A stretch of 32,000 nucleotides of DNA from Nitrosopumilaceae archaeon (GTDB lineage: Archaea > Thermoproteota > Nitrososphaeria > Nitrososphaerales > Nitrosopumilaceae), in the NCBI GenBank assembly GCA_035631875.1, contig DASQHX010000009.1:269281-301280 (forward strand). The letters are read 5' to 3'. A model generated the notes under the pieces. That model ran no database searches. It was not told the origin of the DNA and saw nothing but the letters and a program-made list of their open reading frames with translations. Positions within the stretch are counted from its first letter, which is position 1, and each line of letters begins with the position of its first letter. Positions 24,674 to 32,000 of this stretch are shown one piece after another. The position numbers were made by a program, and so were the translations under genes.

Positions 24674-25738
24674 ATGGTAAATACTATGCGAGGTATGGGA
24701 ACCAATGAAGAAATGCGCAAGATACAGTTCACAGGAAAATCATCATACATTGTTTCATTACCAAAACAATGGATAATCGATATGGGTCTAAAACAAGGTG
24801 ATCAAGTTACAGTTTTAAGACAAGGTACAACGACATTACAAATCACTCCACTAAAACATCATACAAAATCAATTAACACCGAGGAAGCAACATTTGAAAT
24901 AAAACCAGAAGATAAAAGCTCTGCAATTGTTAGAAAACTTATTTCACTTTACTTACTTGGTTTTAGCACCATAAATGTAAAACCAAAGTCAGGAAGATTA
25001 AAACCAGATCAACGAAATGCAGTAAAAGATGCAGTAAAAGGAATTCTAATGGGAACTGAAATAATTGCAGATTCTATAGAAGGTATTACCATCCAAGTAT
25101 TGATAAATTTGTTTGAGCTTTCAGTAGATGGAGCGTTAAAACGGATGCTTATCATTGCAAAATCCATGCAAAATGATGCGTTGTTAGCACATGAAGAAGC
25201 AAATTTTGATTTGGCAAAAGAAGTGATAAACAGTGATGATGAAGTAGATAGGTTTAGTTTTTACATCATACGACAACTCAAGATTGCAATTCAAAACGAA
25301 CATATGTTAAAAGACATGGGTATTGAAAATGCTAGAAGTTGTCTAGGATACAGACTTATTGTTAAGAACATAGAGCGTGTGGGAGATCATGCTACTGTTA
25401 TAGTCAAAGACCTTCTAGAATTTAAAAAACCAATAAAAAAATCTGTGCTGGATACTATTCATGAAATGAATAATTTTGCACTATCTGTGCTTGATGATGC
25501 CTGCTTATCACTATTCAAGAGAGATTTTGTCCAAGCAGAACTCACTGTAGAAAGGACCGGCGATATTACAAAATATGAAAAAAAGATGCTAGAGAGTACC
25601 AAATCATTAAGAGATGACGAAGAAATCTACAGGGTAAGAAGAATGGGTGAAAATATCAGAAGAATTTCAGAGTATGCGAGCGATATTGCAGAAATTGTCA
25701 TGAATATGACTATAGAAAAAACACTGCGAAAGCAATAA
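24674..25738 (+). CDS. AbrB/SpoVT-domain + PhoU-domain regulator (archaeal PhoU-like phosphate uptake regulator homolog)
   Basis: N-terminal swapped-hairpin segment [32 protein letters not shown]. Two PhoU-like helical repeats ([37 protein letters not shown]). 354 aa. Confidence 0.8.
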   Translation: MVNTMRGMGTNEEMRKIQFTGKSSYIVSLPKQWIIDMGLKQGDQVTVLRQGTTTLQITPLKHHTKSINTEEATFEIKPEDKSSAIVRKLISLYLLGFSTINVKPKSGRLKPDQRNAVKDAVKGILMGTEIIADSIEGITIQVLINLFELSVDGALKRMLIIAKSMQNDALLAHEEANFDLAKEVINSDDEVDRFSFYIIRQLKIAIQNEHMLKDMGIENARSCLGYRLIVKNIERVGDHATVIVKDLLEFKKPIKKSVLDTIHEMNNFALSVLDDACLSLFKRDFVQAELTVERTGDITKYEKKMLESTKSLRDDEEIYRVRRMGENIRRISEYASDIAEIVMNMTIEKTLRKQ

Positions 25739-25758
25739 GATACGAATCCACATCTTTT

Positions 25759-26892
25759 ATGGTAATGAAAGATTCTGCAATTCTTATTACATATGACAGA
25801 GCAGATGACGTAAAGGAAGCACTTGCTCTCTGTGATACAGCAGGATATCAGGTTATTAAAATAATCAAACACAAATATCTTAACAAGTCAAAATACGGTC
25901 TTGGAGAAGGCAAGGTTGAAGAATTAAAAGAATTTGTTAGTTCAAAAAAACCGGATGTCATCATATTTGATGAAATACTCAAACCCAGTCAGAATTATAA
26001 TCTAGCATCGAAGTTAAAGACAAACATTTTGGACAGAGAAGCTTTGATTCTTGAAATATTTGAGCGTAATGCAACAAGTGCAGAATCGAAATTACAAATA
26101 AAGATGGCAGAATTAAGATATGAAATGTCACGAGCAAAAGAAAAAGTACGATTGGCAAAGATGGGAGAACAACCAGGATTCATGGGAATTGGTAAATTCG
26201 AAGTAGATGTCTATACTAATGACATAAAAAATAGAATGACCAACATTAAATCCAAACTTGTAAAAGCTGGAAAACAACGCGCGTTACACAGACAGGGTAG
26301 AGACAGAGTTGGATTCAAGATAATTTCTTTAGCTGGTTACACATCAGCTGGAAAGACAACTCTTTTTAATACATTAACGGGTGAAACACGAGAAGAAAAT
26401 CCAAAGCTATTCACAACTCTTTCTACAACAACACGAAAAATAAAGATCACCGAAAATGATGTTTTAATTTCAGATACTGTTGGATTCATTAGTAATCTTC
26501 CTGCATATATGATAGAGGCTTTCAAATCAACACTTGAAGAGCTTACCTACACTAATGCAGTAATACTTGTAATTGATATAAGCGATCCAACTTTGGAATT
26601 ACAAAAGAAATTTAGAAGTTGTATGCGGGTATTAGAAGAACTTGGTGTAGATTATAACAAGATAATTTTCGCATTAAACAAATCAGACTTGACATCACAT
26701 GATGAAATTCTGTCAAAAGTTGACATTCTTGGATTAAAAGAAAACAAAAAATGGCTATACATCTCAGCAGTAACTGGCAAAAACTTAGATCAATTAAAGG
26801 AACTTTTGTCACTTGTTTTAAAAAATGAACCTGTGATAAAGAAAAAAAATGAAATCATAAAAAAAGAAATTGAGATAAATTATGAAGATTGA
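25759..26892 (+). CDS. hflX: GTPase HflX
   Basis: HflX N-terminal domain, G1 [17 protein letters not shown]3 DTVGF, G4 NKSD. 377 aa. Confidence 0.9.
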   Translation: MVMKDSAILITYDRADDVKEALALCDTAGYQVIKIIKHKYLNKSKYGLGEGKVEELKEFVSSKKPDVIIFDEILKPSQNYNLASKLKTNILDREALILEIFERNATSAESKLQIKMAELRYEMSRAKEKVRLAKMGEQPGFMGIGKFEVDVYTNDIKNRMTNIKSKLVKAGKQRALHRQGRDRVGFKIISLAGYTSAGKTTLFNTLTGETREENPKLFTTLSTTTRKIKITENDVLISDTVGFISNLPAYMIEAFKSTLEELTYTNAVILVIDISDPTLELQKKFRSCMRVLEELGVDYNKIIFALNKSDLTSHDEILSKVDILGLKENKKWLYISAVTGKNLDQLKELLSLVLKNEPVIKKKNEIIKKEIEINYED

Positions 26893-27412
26893 AATTCTAA
26901 GAATAGGTCAGAGACTTGTACGCGACGATAGAGTAACAACGCATGTCGCTCTTGTTTCAAGAGCCTTTGGAGCAACAAAAATCATAATGCAAGAAGTCAA
27001 TCCTGATATCAAAGATACAATATCAGAAATCAATAGAATTTGGGGAGGTGATTTTGAAGTCGAAATAATAGATAATTGGAAAAAAATGTTGAAATCAAAA
27101 AAGAATCAATCTTTCAAAATTGTACACTTAACCATGTATGGTGAAATCATTAATTCTGTTATAGATGAGATCAGAAAAGAGGAGCAAATTCTTGTTGTTG
27201 TTGGGGCAGAAAAGGTACCTAGGGAAGTATACGATATTGCAGATTATAATGTGGCAATAGGTAATCAACCTCATTCTGAAATAAGTGCACTAGCAGTTTT
27301 ACTTGATAGAGTCTTAGATGGTAAGCAGTTCTTAAAAAAACATGTAAATGCACAACGAGAAATTATTCCTATGAAAAAGGGAAAAAAAGTATTAGATAAA
27401 ACAATTGATTAA
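26882..27412 (+). CDS. trm56: tRNA (cytidine56-2'-O)-methyltransferase aTrm56 (SPOUT family)
   Basis: [27 protein letters not shown] matches the aTrm56 N-terminal signature (LRLGHR..RD.R.TTHVAL.ARAFGA). [13 protein letters not shown] lies near the C-terminus. It overlaps hflX by 11 nt. Confidence 0.8.
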   Translation: MKIEILRIGQRLVRDDRVTTHVALVSRAFGATKIIMQEVNPDIKDTISEINRIWGGDFEVEIIDNWKKMLKSKKNQSFKIVHLTMYGEIINSVIDEIRKEEQILVVVGAEKVPREVYDIADYNVAIGNQPHSEISALAVLLDRVLDGKQFLKKHVNAQREIIPMKKGKKVLDKTID

Positions 27413-27429
27413 ATATAGAATCTAAATCA

Positions 27430-27948
27430 ATGAGGCCAATGACTAATGAACACGAGGATCCTTTTATAAAAATAACTGCTTTAATTGGCGGTGACGAATA
27501 TCTAAAAGTCGCACGTTCTCTTTTGAATACGGAAGATGCTACAGATGAAGAAATTGCAAGTTCTACCGGTCTTAGAATTAACATAGTAAGAAAGGTGCTG
27601 TACGATCTTTTTGGAAAAGCTCTAATAACTGGCATTAGAGTGAAGGACGAGAAAAAAGGCTGGTTTGTTTACAGGTGGAGAGCAAGAAAAGATGAGGTTG
27701 ATAATTTTATTGAAAATCAGAAAAAGAAAATCGTTGAGAGATTGCAACAAAGACTAGATTATGAAAACTCGGCTGAATTCTATCATTGTGGAACAGAAGA
27801 TTGTCAAAAGTTGACATTTGAGAAGGCGTTGGATCTATCTTTTAAATGTCCAACATGCGGAAAGCTTGTAAACATAACTAAAAATGAAAAGCTGAAGAAA
27901 TCATTACAAGCTAAAGTAGATCAACTACGAGAAGATCTTAAACATTAA
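27430..27948 (+). CDS. tfe: Transcription factor E (TFE alpha)
   Basis: Winged-helix segment EEIASSTGLRINIVRKVLYDLFGKALI...GWFVYRWR, then a Zn ribbon YHCGTEDC...FKCPTCG. 172 aa. Confidence 0.8.
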   Translation: MRPMTNEHEDPFIKITALIGGDEYLKVARSLLNTEDATDEEIASSTGLRINIVRKVLYDLFGKALITGIRVKDEKKGWFVYRWRARKDEVDNFIENQKKKIVERLQQRLDYENSAEFYHCGTEDCQKLTFEKALDLSFKCPTCGKLVNITKNEKLKKSLQAKVDQLREDLKH

Positions 27949-28598
27949 ATTGTATAATGTAATACAAGTTCATTTTTCATTCTACTGATTTTCTTTAGTG
28001 TTAACAAAGGTGCATTTGAAATTTTATCAGATCCTTTTCCTTGAAATAACGAAATTGCATTACTACCTCCTAGAACGTACGGAGTAATTGTAACAATGAT
28101 CTCATCAACAAACCCACCTTTTATGAAAGACCAATTAGTTAGTCCACCTCCTTCTACAAGAAGACTCTTTATGTTCTTCTTTTTTAAGATGTGTAATAGT
28201 TTTTTAAGATTAATTTTATTTTGTCCACATTTTATTACATCAAGTCCTTCTCTTTCTAAACGAATAATATTTTTTTGAGTTATTTTTTTTGATACTGCTA
28301 TTATTGTCGGGATTGTTTTACAAGTTTTAATTATTTTTGAAGTGGACTTTATTGAGCCCGTAGAATCCAAAATTATACGTATGGGATTCTTTCCTTTCAC
28401 ATGCTTTACTGTCAATAGGGGATCATCAATTACCACAGTATGTTTTCCTATGAGTATTGCATCTACACTTGCCCTAAGCTTGTGAACTCGAATCAGATCT
28501 TCTTTTGAAGAGAGTTTAGAGTTACCTGTTCTTGTTGCTATTTTTCCATCCATACTCATTGCCGCACTAAGTATTACACGTGGTCTAGATTTTACCAT
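27945..28598 (-). CDS. arfC: 2,5-diamino-6-ribosylamino-4(3H)-pyrimidinone 5'-phosphate reductase (archaeal ArfC / RibD C-terminal-domain type)
   Basis: RPRVILSAAMSMDGKIATRTGNSKLSS, RVHKLRASVDAILIGKHTVVIDDPLLTV, LLVEGGGLTNWSF. 217 aa. Confidence 0.85.
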   Translation of the reverse strand: MVKSRPRVILSAAMSMDGKIATRTGNSKLSSKEDLIRVHKLRASVDAILIGKHTVVIDDPLLTVKHVKGKNPIRIILDSTGSIKSTSKIIKTCKTIPTIIAVSKKITQKNIIRLEREGLDVIKCGQNKINLKKLLHILKKKNIKSLLVEGGGLTNWSFIKGGFVDEIIVTITPYVLGGSNAISLFQGKGSDKISNAPLLTLKKISRMKNELVLHYTI

Positions 28599-29778
28599 CT
28601 ACTATTTTGCCTCCAAACATTATTGCTTTTATGGTTGTTTCAGATGCTCTATGCACAATAGAAGCATGAGGATTATGCATTGGTTCTAAATCAATAGCAT
28701 GTTTATTGATAAAAATGCAATCAGCCAAGCTGTTAGATTGGATGGTACCCATGTTCTTTTGTCTAAGCATTTTTGCGGCATTTACCGTAGCCATTTTGAG
28801 TATAGATTTCGGATCTAGTCTAGTTTCTTGTAATCCCATAGAGACTTTCCAGAGATAGTCCATTTCTCTAAACATGTCAGGCGAGTTTATCATCACATTA
28901 TCTGTTCCTATGGTTAAATTGCAACCACTTTTCATCATCAGATTCACGTCAGGAATTCCTTCAGCAAGTGCAGCATTTGCACGTGGACACACAACAATGC
29001 TGGCTTCATTTTTTGATGCAAGTATTAGATCTTTTTTTGATGCATGTGTCATATGAACTAGAAAATTCGGTTTAAGCAATAAAGCACGTTGAGTTTCAGT
29101 TTTTGCAGTTATCTTTTTAGAAATCATACCGCTTTCTAATGTTTCAGCTGAGTGAATAGCCCTAATTTTTGACATTTGAGAATAAAATTTTAATACAGAA
29201 TCACTAAACTCATTGGGACCACTTACACCAATTCCATCACATTTCTTTAATAGATCGCTAAGCTCCATCTTTTTTAATTCGGGTAATAAAGTATTTTTTT
29301 TAATTGATTTTAAATCTTGGTAGTAATTTATTCTGCCAAGAATTATGGATCTAATTGGAAGTCCTTTGATCGCATTCCGTAAAAGTTCAATTCCATCTAA
29401 ATCCCCTTCTCTAAAATCAACAAAAGTTGTAATTCCCTTTTTTATCATTGAAATGCAGGAATTTCTGATAAAACTTGCTAGATGTGATGTTGTAGAATTT
29501 GTCAGAATTTTTTGTTTAATACCTATAATTGGGTGAATTTTTTCTTCTACTCCAAAATCTAGACCAATATCTTTTCCTATTGAATCACCAACATGAGTAT
29601 GTGCATTAATAAATCCAGGAATCATGAGTAGTCCTTCACAATCATAGACGTCTTCTTTTTTGTCTGGTTTTAGGTTAGTGCCTATTGCTTTTACAAATTG
29701 GCCAGAAATTCGAATATTTGTACTATTAATGTAATCTAAATCATTTCCGTAAAGAATACTAACATTTTTTATCAGCAT
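28585..29778 (-). CDS. Amidohydrolase-superfamily metallo-hydrolase of the deaminase/chlorohydrolase type; specific function unassigned
   Basis: PGFINAHTH (H60, H62), IRAIHSAET (H209, E212), VHMTH (H242/H245), IGTDN (D293). 397 aa. Its start overlaps the arfA stop by 7 nt, and its stop overlaps the arfC start by 14 nt. Confidence 0.85.
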   Translation of the reverse strand: MLIKNVSILYGNDLDYINSTNIRISGQFVKAIGTNLKPDKKEDVYDCEGLLMIPGFINAHTHVGDSIGKDIGLDFGVEEKIHPIIGIKQKILTNSTTSHLASFIRNSCISMIKKGITTFVDFREGDLDGIELLRNAIKGLPIRSIILGRINYYQDLKSIKKNTLLPELKKMELSDLLKKCDGIGVSGPNEFSDSVLKFYSQMSKIRAIHSAETLESGMISKKITAKTETQRALLLKPNFLVHMTHASKKDLILASKNEASIVVCPRANAALAEGIPDVNLMMKSGCNLTIGTDNVMINSPDMFREMDYLWKVSMGLQETRLDPKSILKMATVNAAKMLRQKNMGTIQSNSLADCIFINKHAIDLEPMHNPHASIVHRASETTIKAIMFGGKIVDGKI

Positions 29779-30524
29779 GTTAGTTCAAGTACTCGTTGCT
29801 GATTTTTACCGGAATCTCTGAGTTCTCTAATAGTATCAAGAGATTTTGTTGCAAGTTTAGCAGCTTCTCGTGCAGTATTTGCAGTTCCAATTCCACAGTT
29901 TAATGCAATACCATGTTTTTCTTCCATCAAATTCAAGAATTTTACAGCATAATCCTTTCCATCACCTGAAGTAACTATCATAAAGTTGTCCCCACCCATA
30001 AAGAATGTAAGGCAGTTTTTTGTTAAGAAAAATTCTGACATTTCAGAATATAATTTAAACATAAGCGATGAAATCTCATACGGTGATTTTTTTGCTGAAA
30101 TGGATGTAGAACCATCTACATCCATATGCATTATCTGCACTAATTGTTCTGCCTTACCATCTACATAACCAAAAATGTTATGTTCCTTCTCTAAGATTAT
30201 TTTAGATTTTCTTGCTTTGTCTGCATTTAGATTAGCTTCAAATGGAGAATCGCCATATCCTATAGTCATAGAAAGTTGTAGATCAAATGATTTTGCCAAT
30301 TTTTTTTGAATTTCAATATGATCATCTAGAGACAAACCATTTGTAACTGCAAAAAGCTCATCAAATCTATTAGAAAATACAAGACAGTTTTTTTCTGAAA
30401 AAAGGTTTTGTATTTCGTTATAAATGGAAGATTGAAGCATCTGTAATTTGTGTTCTCTATCGCTGCCCAAGGTAAGTGTCCACGGACCATATCCTGTGAT
30501 TTTGATTATGGTAAGTTGGATCAT
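29772..30524 (-). CDS. arfA: GTP cyclohydrolase III (ArfA, MJ0145 family)
   Basis: MIQLTIIKITGYGPWTLTLGSDREHKLQMLQSSIY closely parallels the ArfA N-terminus (MIQITV.QI.NYGPWT.TP.PRRE..LQ.LQSRLY). FFMGGDNFM and GIGTANTAREA are also present. 250 aa. Confidence 0.85.
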   Translation of the reverse strand: MIQLTIIKITGYGPWTLTLGSDREHKLQMLQSSIYNEIQNLFSEKNCLVFSNRFDELFAVTNGLSLDDHIEIQKKLAKSFDLQLSMTIGYGDSPFEANLNADKARKSKIILEKEHNIFGYVDGKAEQLVQIMHMDVDGSTSISAKKSPYEISSLMFKLYSEMSEFFLTKNCLTFFMGGDNFMIVTSGDGKDYAVKFLNLMEEKHGIALNCGIGTANTAREAAKLATKSLDTIRELRDSGKNQQRVLELTC

Positions 30525-30525
30525 C

Positions 30526-30936
30526 TCATATCTTCCTTAACTGTTCAGCTATCTTTTCTACAGCTTCTACTGCTCTCTCTGCTACAGGTCTTATTCGTGC
30601 CTGTGCTTGCCTATCTGACATGCCTGGGCCTGTTATACCTAAAGTTACTGGTTTTTGGTATTTTATAGAAAGATCGGTTATGGCTCTAACCGTAGCATTT
30701 GTAATAAGTTCATCATGTTTTGTTTGTCCTTTTATTACGGCTCCAAGTGTAACTACTGCATCTACTTCCTTTTTTTTCAACAAGGAATCAATTACAATTG
30801 GCATATCAAATACGCCCGGAACTCTGCAAGTGAATTTTATATTTAGTTTGAGATCTTTTGCTTTTTCAACTGCTACATCAAGCATTTTGGAAGTAATTTC
30901 ATCATTAAATTCTGAAACAACAATTGCAATGTTCAA
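30526..30936 (-). CDS. ribH: 6,7-dimethyl-8-ribityllumazine synthase
   Basis: IAIVVSEFNDEIT, VPGVFDMP, LGAVIKGQTKHDELI. 136 aa. Confidence 0.9.
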   Translation of the reverse strand: MNIAIVVSEFNDEITSKMLDVAVEKAKDLKLNIKFTCRVPGVFDMPIVIDSLLKKKEVDAVVTLGAVIKGQTKHDELITNATVRAITDLSIKYQKPVTLGITGPGMSDRQAQARIRPVAERAVEAVEKIAEQLRKI

Positions 30937-30938
30937 AG

Positions 30939-31619
30939 TTAGTGCTCCTTAGTAAATTTTACAAGCTCATTACCATCAAAATAAGGAATTGTATTTTCTT
31001 TTGCATATTTTTTGGCTTTTTCAATTGAAAGCGCTGTATGTGTTTCAGAATCAAGCATTTCACATATTGCTGCAGCAGGACATAAACCAGCAAGATTAGT
31101 CATATAGATGGACATTTCAGTATGACCTAACCTATCTGATAACAATCTTTCCGATGCAATCAAAAGAGGCACATGACCTGGTGTCTTAAATGAAGAAATA
31201 AAAATTTCTTTTTTGTTTCCATTTGTATTTTTGTAAAGATTTGCCATTTCGTTTATGGTTAACGCTCTATCACGATCCGTTATACCAGTATATGTTTGTG
31301 TATGATTTATAGAGATAGAAAAAGATGGCTTGTCACCGTATGGTGCAGTTCCCATAATCATTTTTTTTGATTGATTATCTATATTTTGTGCATTAGAAAG
31401 TATATCATGCATATAATTTAGTCCAAGAGTTTTTGCAAAAGAATGATCTATGGATAAGCATATCAGACCACCAGCATCTTGACGCATTCTTGAGATATGT
31501 TCTGGTGTCACAAATTCTGCTGCAACTACCATATCTACCTCATTTTCACGCTTGTTTGCATCATGAAGTAAAACGAACCCACCTTTACGTAGGGATGAAA
31601 TTGCCTCTTCAAAGGACAT
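30939..31619 (-). CDS. ribB: 3,4-dihydroxy-2-butanone 4-phosphate synthase
   Basis: EAISSLRKGGFVLLHDANKRENEVDMVVAAEFVTPEHISRMRQDAGGLICLSI and GHTEMSIYM. I start at the ATG at 31619 (MSFEEAIS...). The 19-codon hydrophobic extension in the track ORF (to 31676) looks spurious. Confidence 0.9.
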   Translation of the reverse strand: MSFEEAISSLRKGGFVLLHDANKRENEVDMVVAAEFVTPEHISRMRQDAGGLICLSIDHSFAKTLGLNYMHDILSNAQNIDNQSKKMIMGTAPYGDKPSFSISINHTQTYTGITDRDRALTINEMANLYKNTNGNKKEIFISSFKTPGHVPLLIASERLLSDRLGHTEMSIYMTNLAGLCPAAAICEMLDSETHTALSIEKAKKYAKENTIPYFDGNELVKFTKEH

Positions 31620-31691
31620 AGTTAAGAAGCTTGTTGTAATGATTATAAATCTTACTACAAAAGTGGTTAGTACCATGAAAGTAGTAAACAG

Positions 31692-32000
31692 TTAATCTTT
31701 AGAAATTACGTATTTTCCTAGTATGTCAGTTTCAATATTAACTTTATCGCCAATTTTTTTTGAACCAAGGTTTGTGATTTTCAGTGTATGTGGAATTATA
31801 CAAATAGAAATTTTATTTTTGAGCACATCAACAAGTGTCAGGCTTATCCCATCAATTGTAATTGATCCTTTTTTTACTACAAATTTAGCTAAGTCTTTTG
31901 GAAGTTCAATCCAGAATTTGATTTCATTTGACAGTTTTTCTATTTTTATAATTTTACCAGTACCATCAATATGTCCAAGCACAAAATGGCCTTCCATTCT
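31692..32000 (-). CDS. ribE: Riboflavin synthase, bacterial/eukaryotic lumazine-binding-repeat type, C-terminal part (gene continues beyond window end)
   Basis: HFVLGHIDGTGKIIKIE...KGSITIDGISLTLVDV...ICIIPHTLKITNLG is the second lumazine-binding repeat. The reading frame is open to the window edge. Confidence 0.8.
   Translation of the reverse strand, partial: RMEGHFVLGHIDGTGKIIKIEKLSNEIKFWIELPKDLAKFVVKKGSITIDGISLTLVDVLKNKISICIIPHTLKITNLGSKKIGDKVNIETDILGKYVISKD

Noticed and set aside
30620-30952. 110-aa plus-strand ORF, plus 30450-30668 and 30655-30846
   Set aside because: They are antisense to ribH/arfA. Their translations are hydrophobic, low-complexity and without motifs.
31620-31676. 19-codon N-terminal extension of ribB (MVLTTFVVRFIIITTSFLT)
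   Set aside because: The extension is hydrophobic and unlike DHBP synthases, which begin near MSFEEAIS. The extended start would also leave only 15 nt after ribE. The internal ATG at 31619 is preferred.
1-32000. CRISPR arrays, IS elements, prophage or defence islands
   Set aside because: I saw no regularly spaced direct repeats and no transposase, integrase or phage-like ORFs. Nearly every ORF over 100 aa is accounted for by a housekeeping or biosynthetic family. The only repeats seen are short in-frame duplications inside aglB.

Overview
AT-rich, very gene-dense archaeal chromosome segment with about 40 protein genes, one tRNA, short intergenic gaps and several overlapping start/stop codons. 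I saw no rRNA, CRISPR array, transposase or integrase. The gene content suggests an ammonia-oxidising thaumarchaeon (Nitrosopumilus-like). That call rests on aIF2 alpha/gamma, S6e, Nop10, NAC, TFE, aTrm56, Sm, AglB, ArfA/ArfC, an early-cobalt cobalamin pathway and a bacterial-type MetK. It is inference from motifs only, with no database search. Blocks, in order: (1) ABC-2 exporter pair. (2) DNA-metabolism trio: RPA-like multi-OB protein, Lhr-type helicase, RadB/aRadC-like ATPase. (3) Sm protein, MetK, SDR, membrane J-domain protein. (4) Cobalamin cluster cbiD-cbiG-cbiX-cbiC, then cbiA and cobA, interrupted by a sequon-rich membrane-anchored hypothetical and a geranylgeranyl-reductase-family flavoprotein. 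(5) aIF2alpha-nop10. (6) A 940-aa AglB oligosaccharyltransferase fused to a cyclophilin. (7) rps6e-aIF2gamma-PIN string, in which the PIN gene is broken at an A9 run. (8) Two convergent mini zinc-ribbon ORFs and tRNA-Gly(CCC). (9) NAC, PUA protein, AbrB-PhoU regulator, HflX, aTrm56, TFE. (10) Riboflavin operon ribE-ribB-ribH-arfA-[amidohydrolase]-arfC. The best candidate for new biology is the deaminase-type amidohydrolase translationally coupled inside the archaeal riboflavin operon. It may fill the unassigned pyrimidine deaminase step. The OST-PPIase fusion ranks second. All functional calls come from hand-read motifs, and start codons are provisional because many track ORFs start at TTG.
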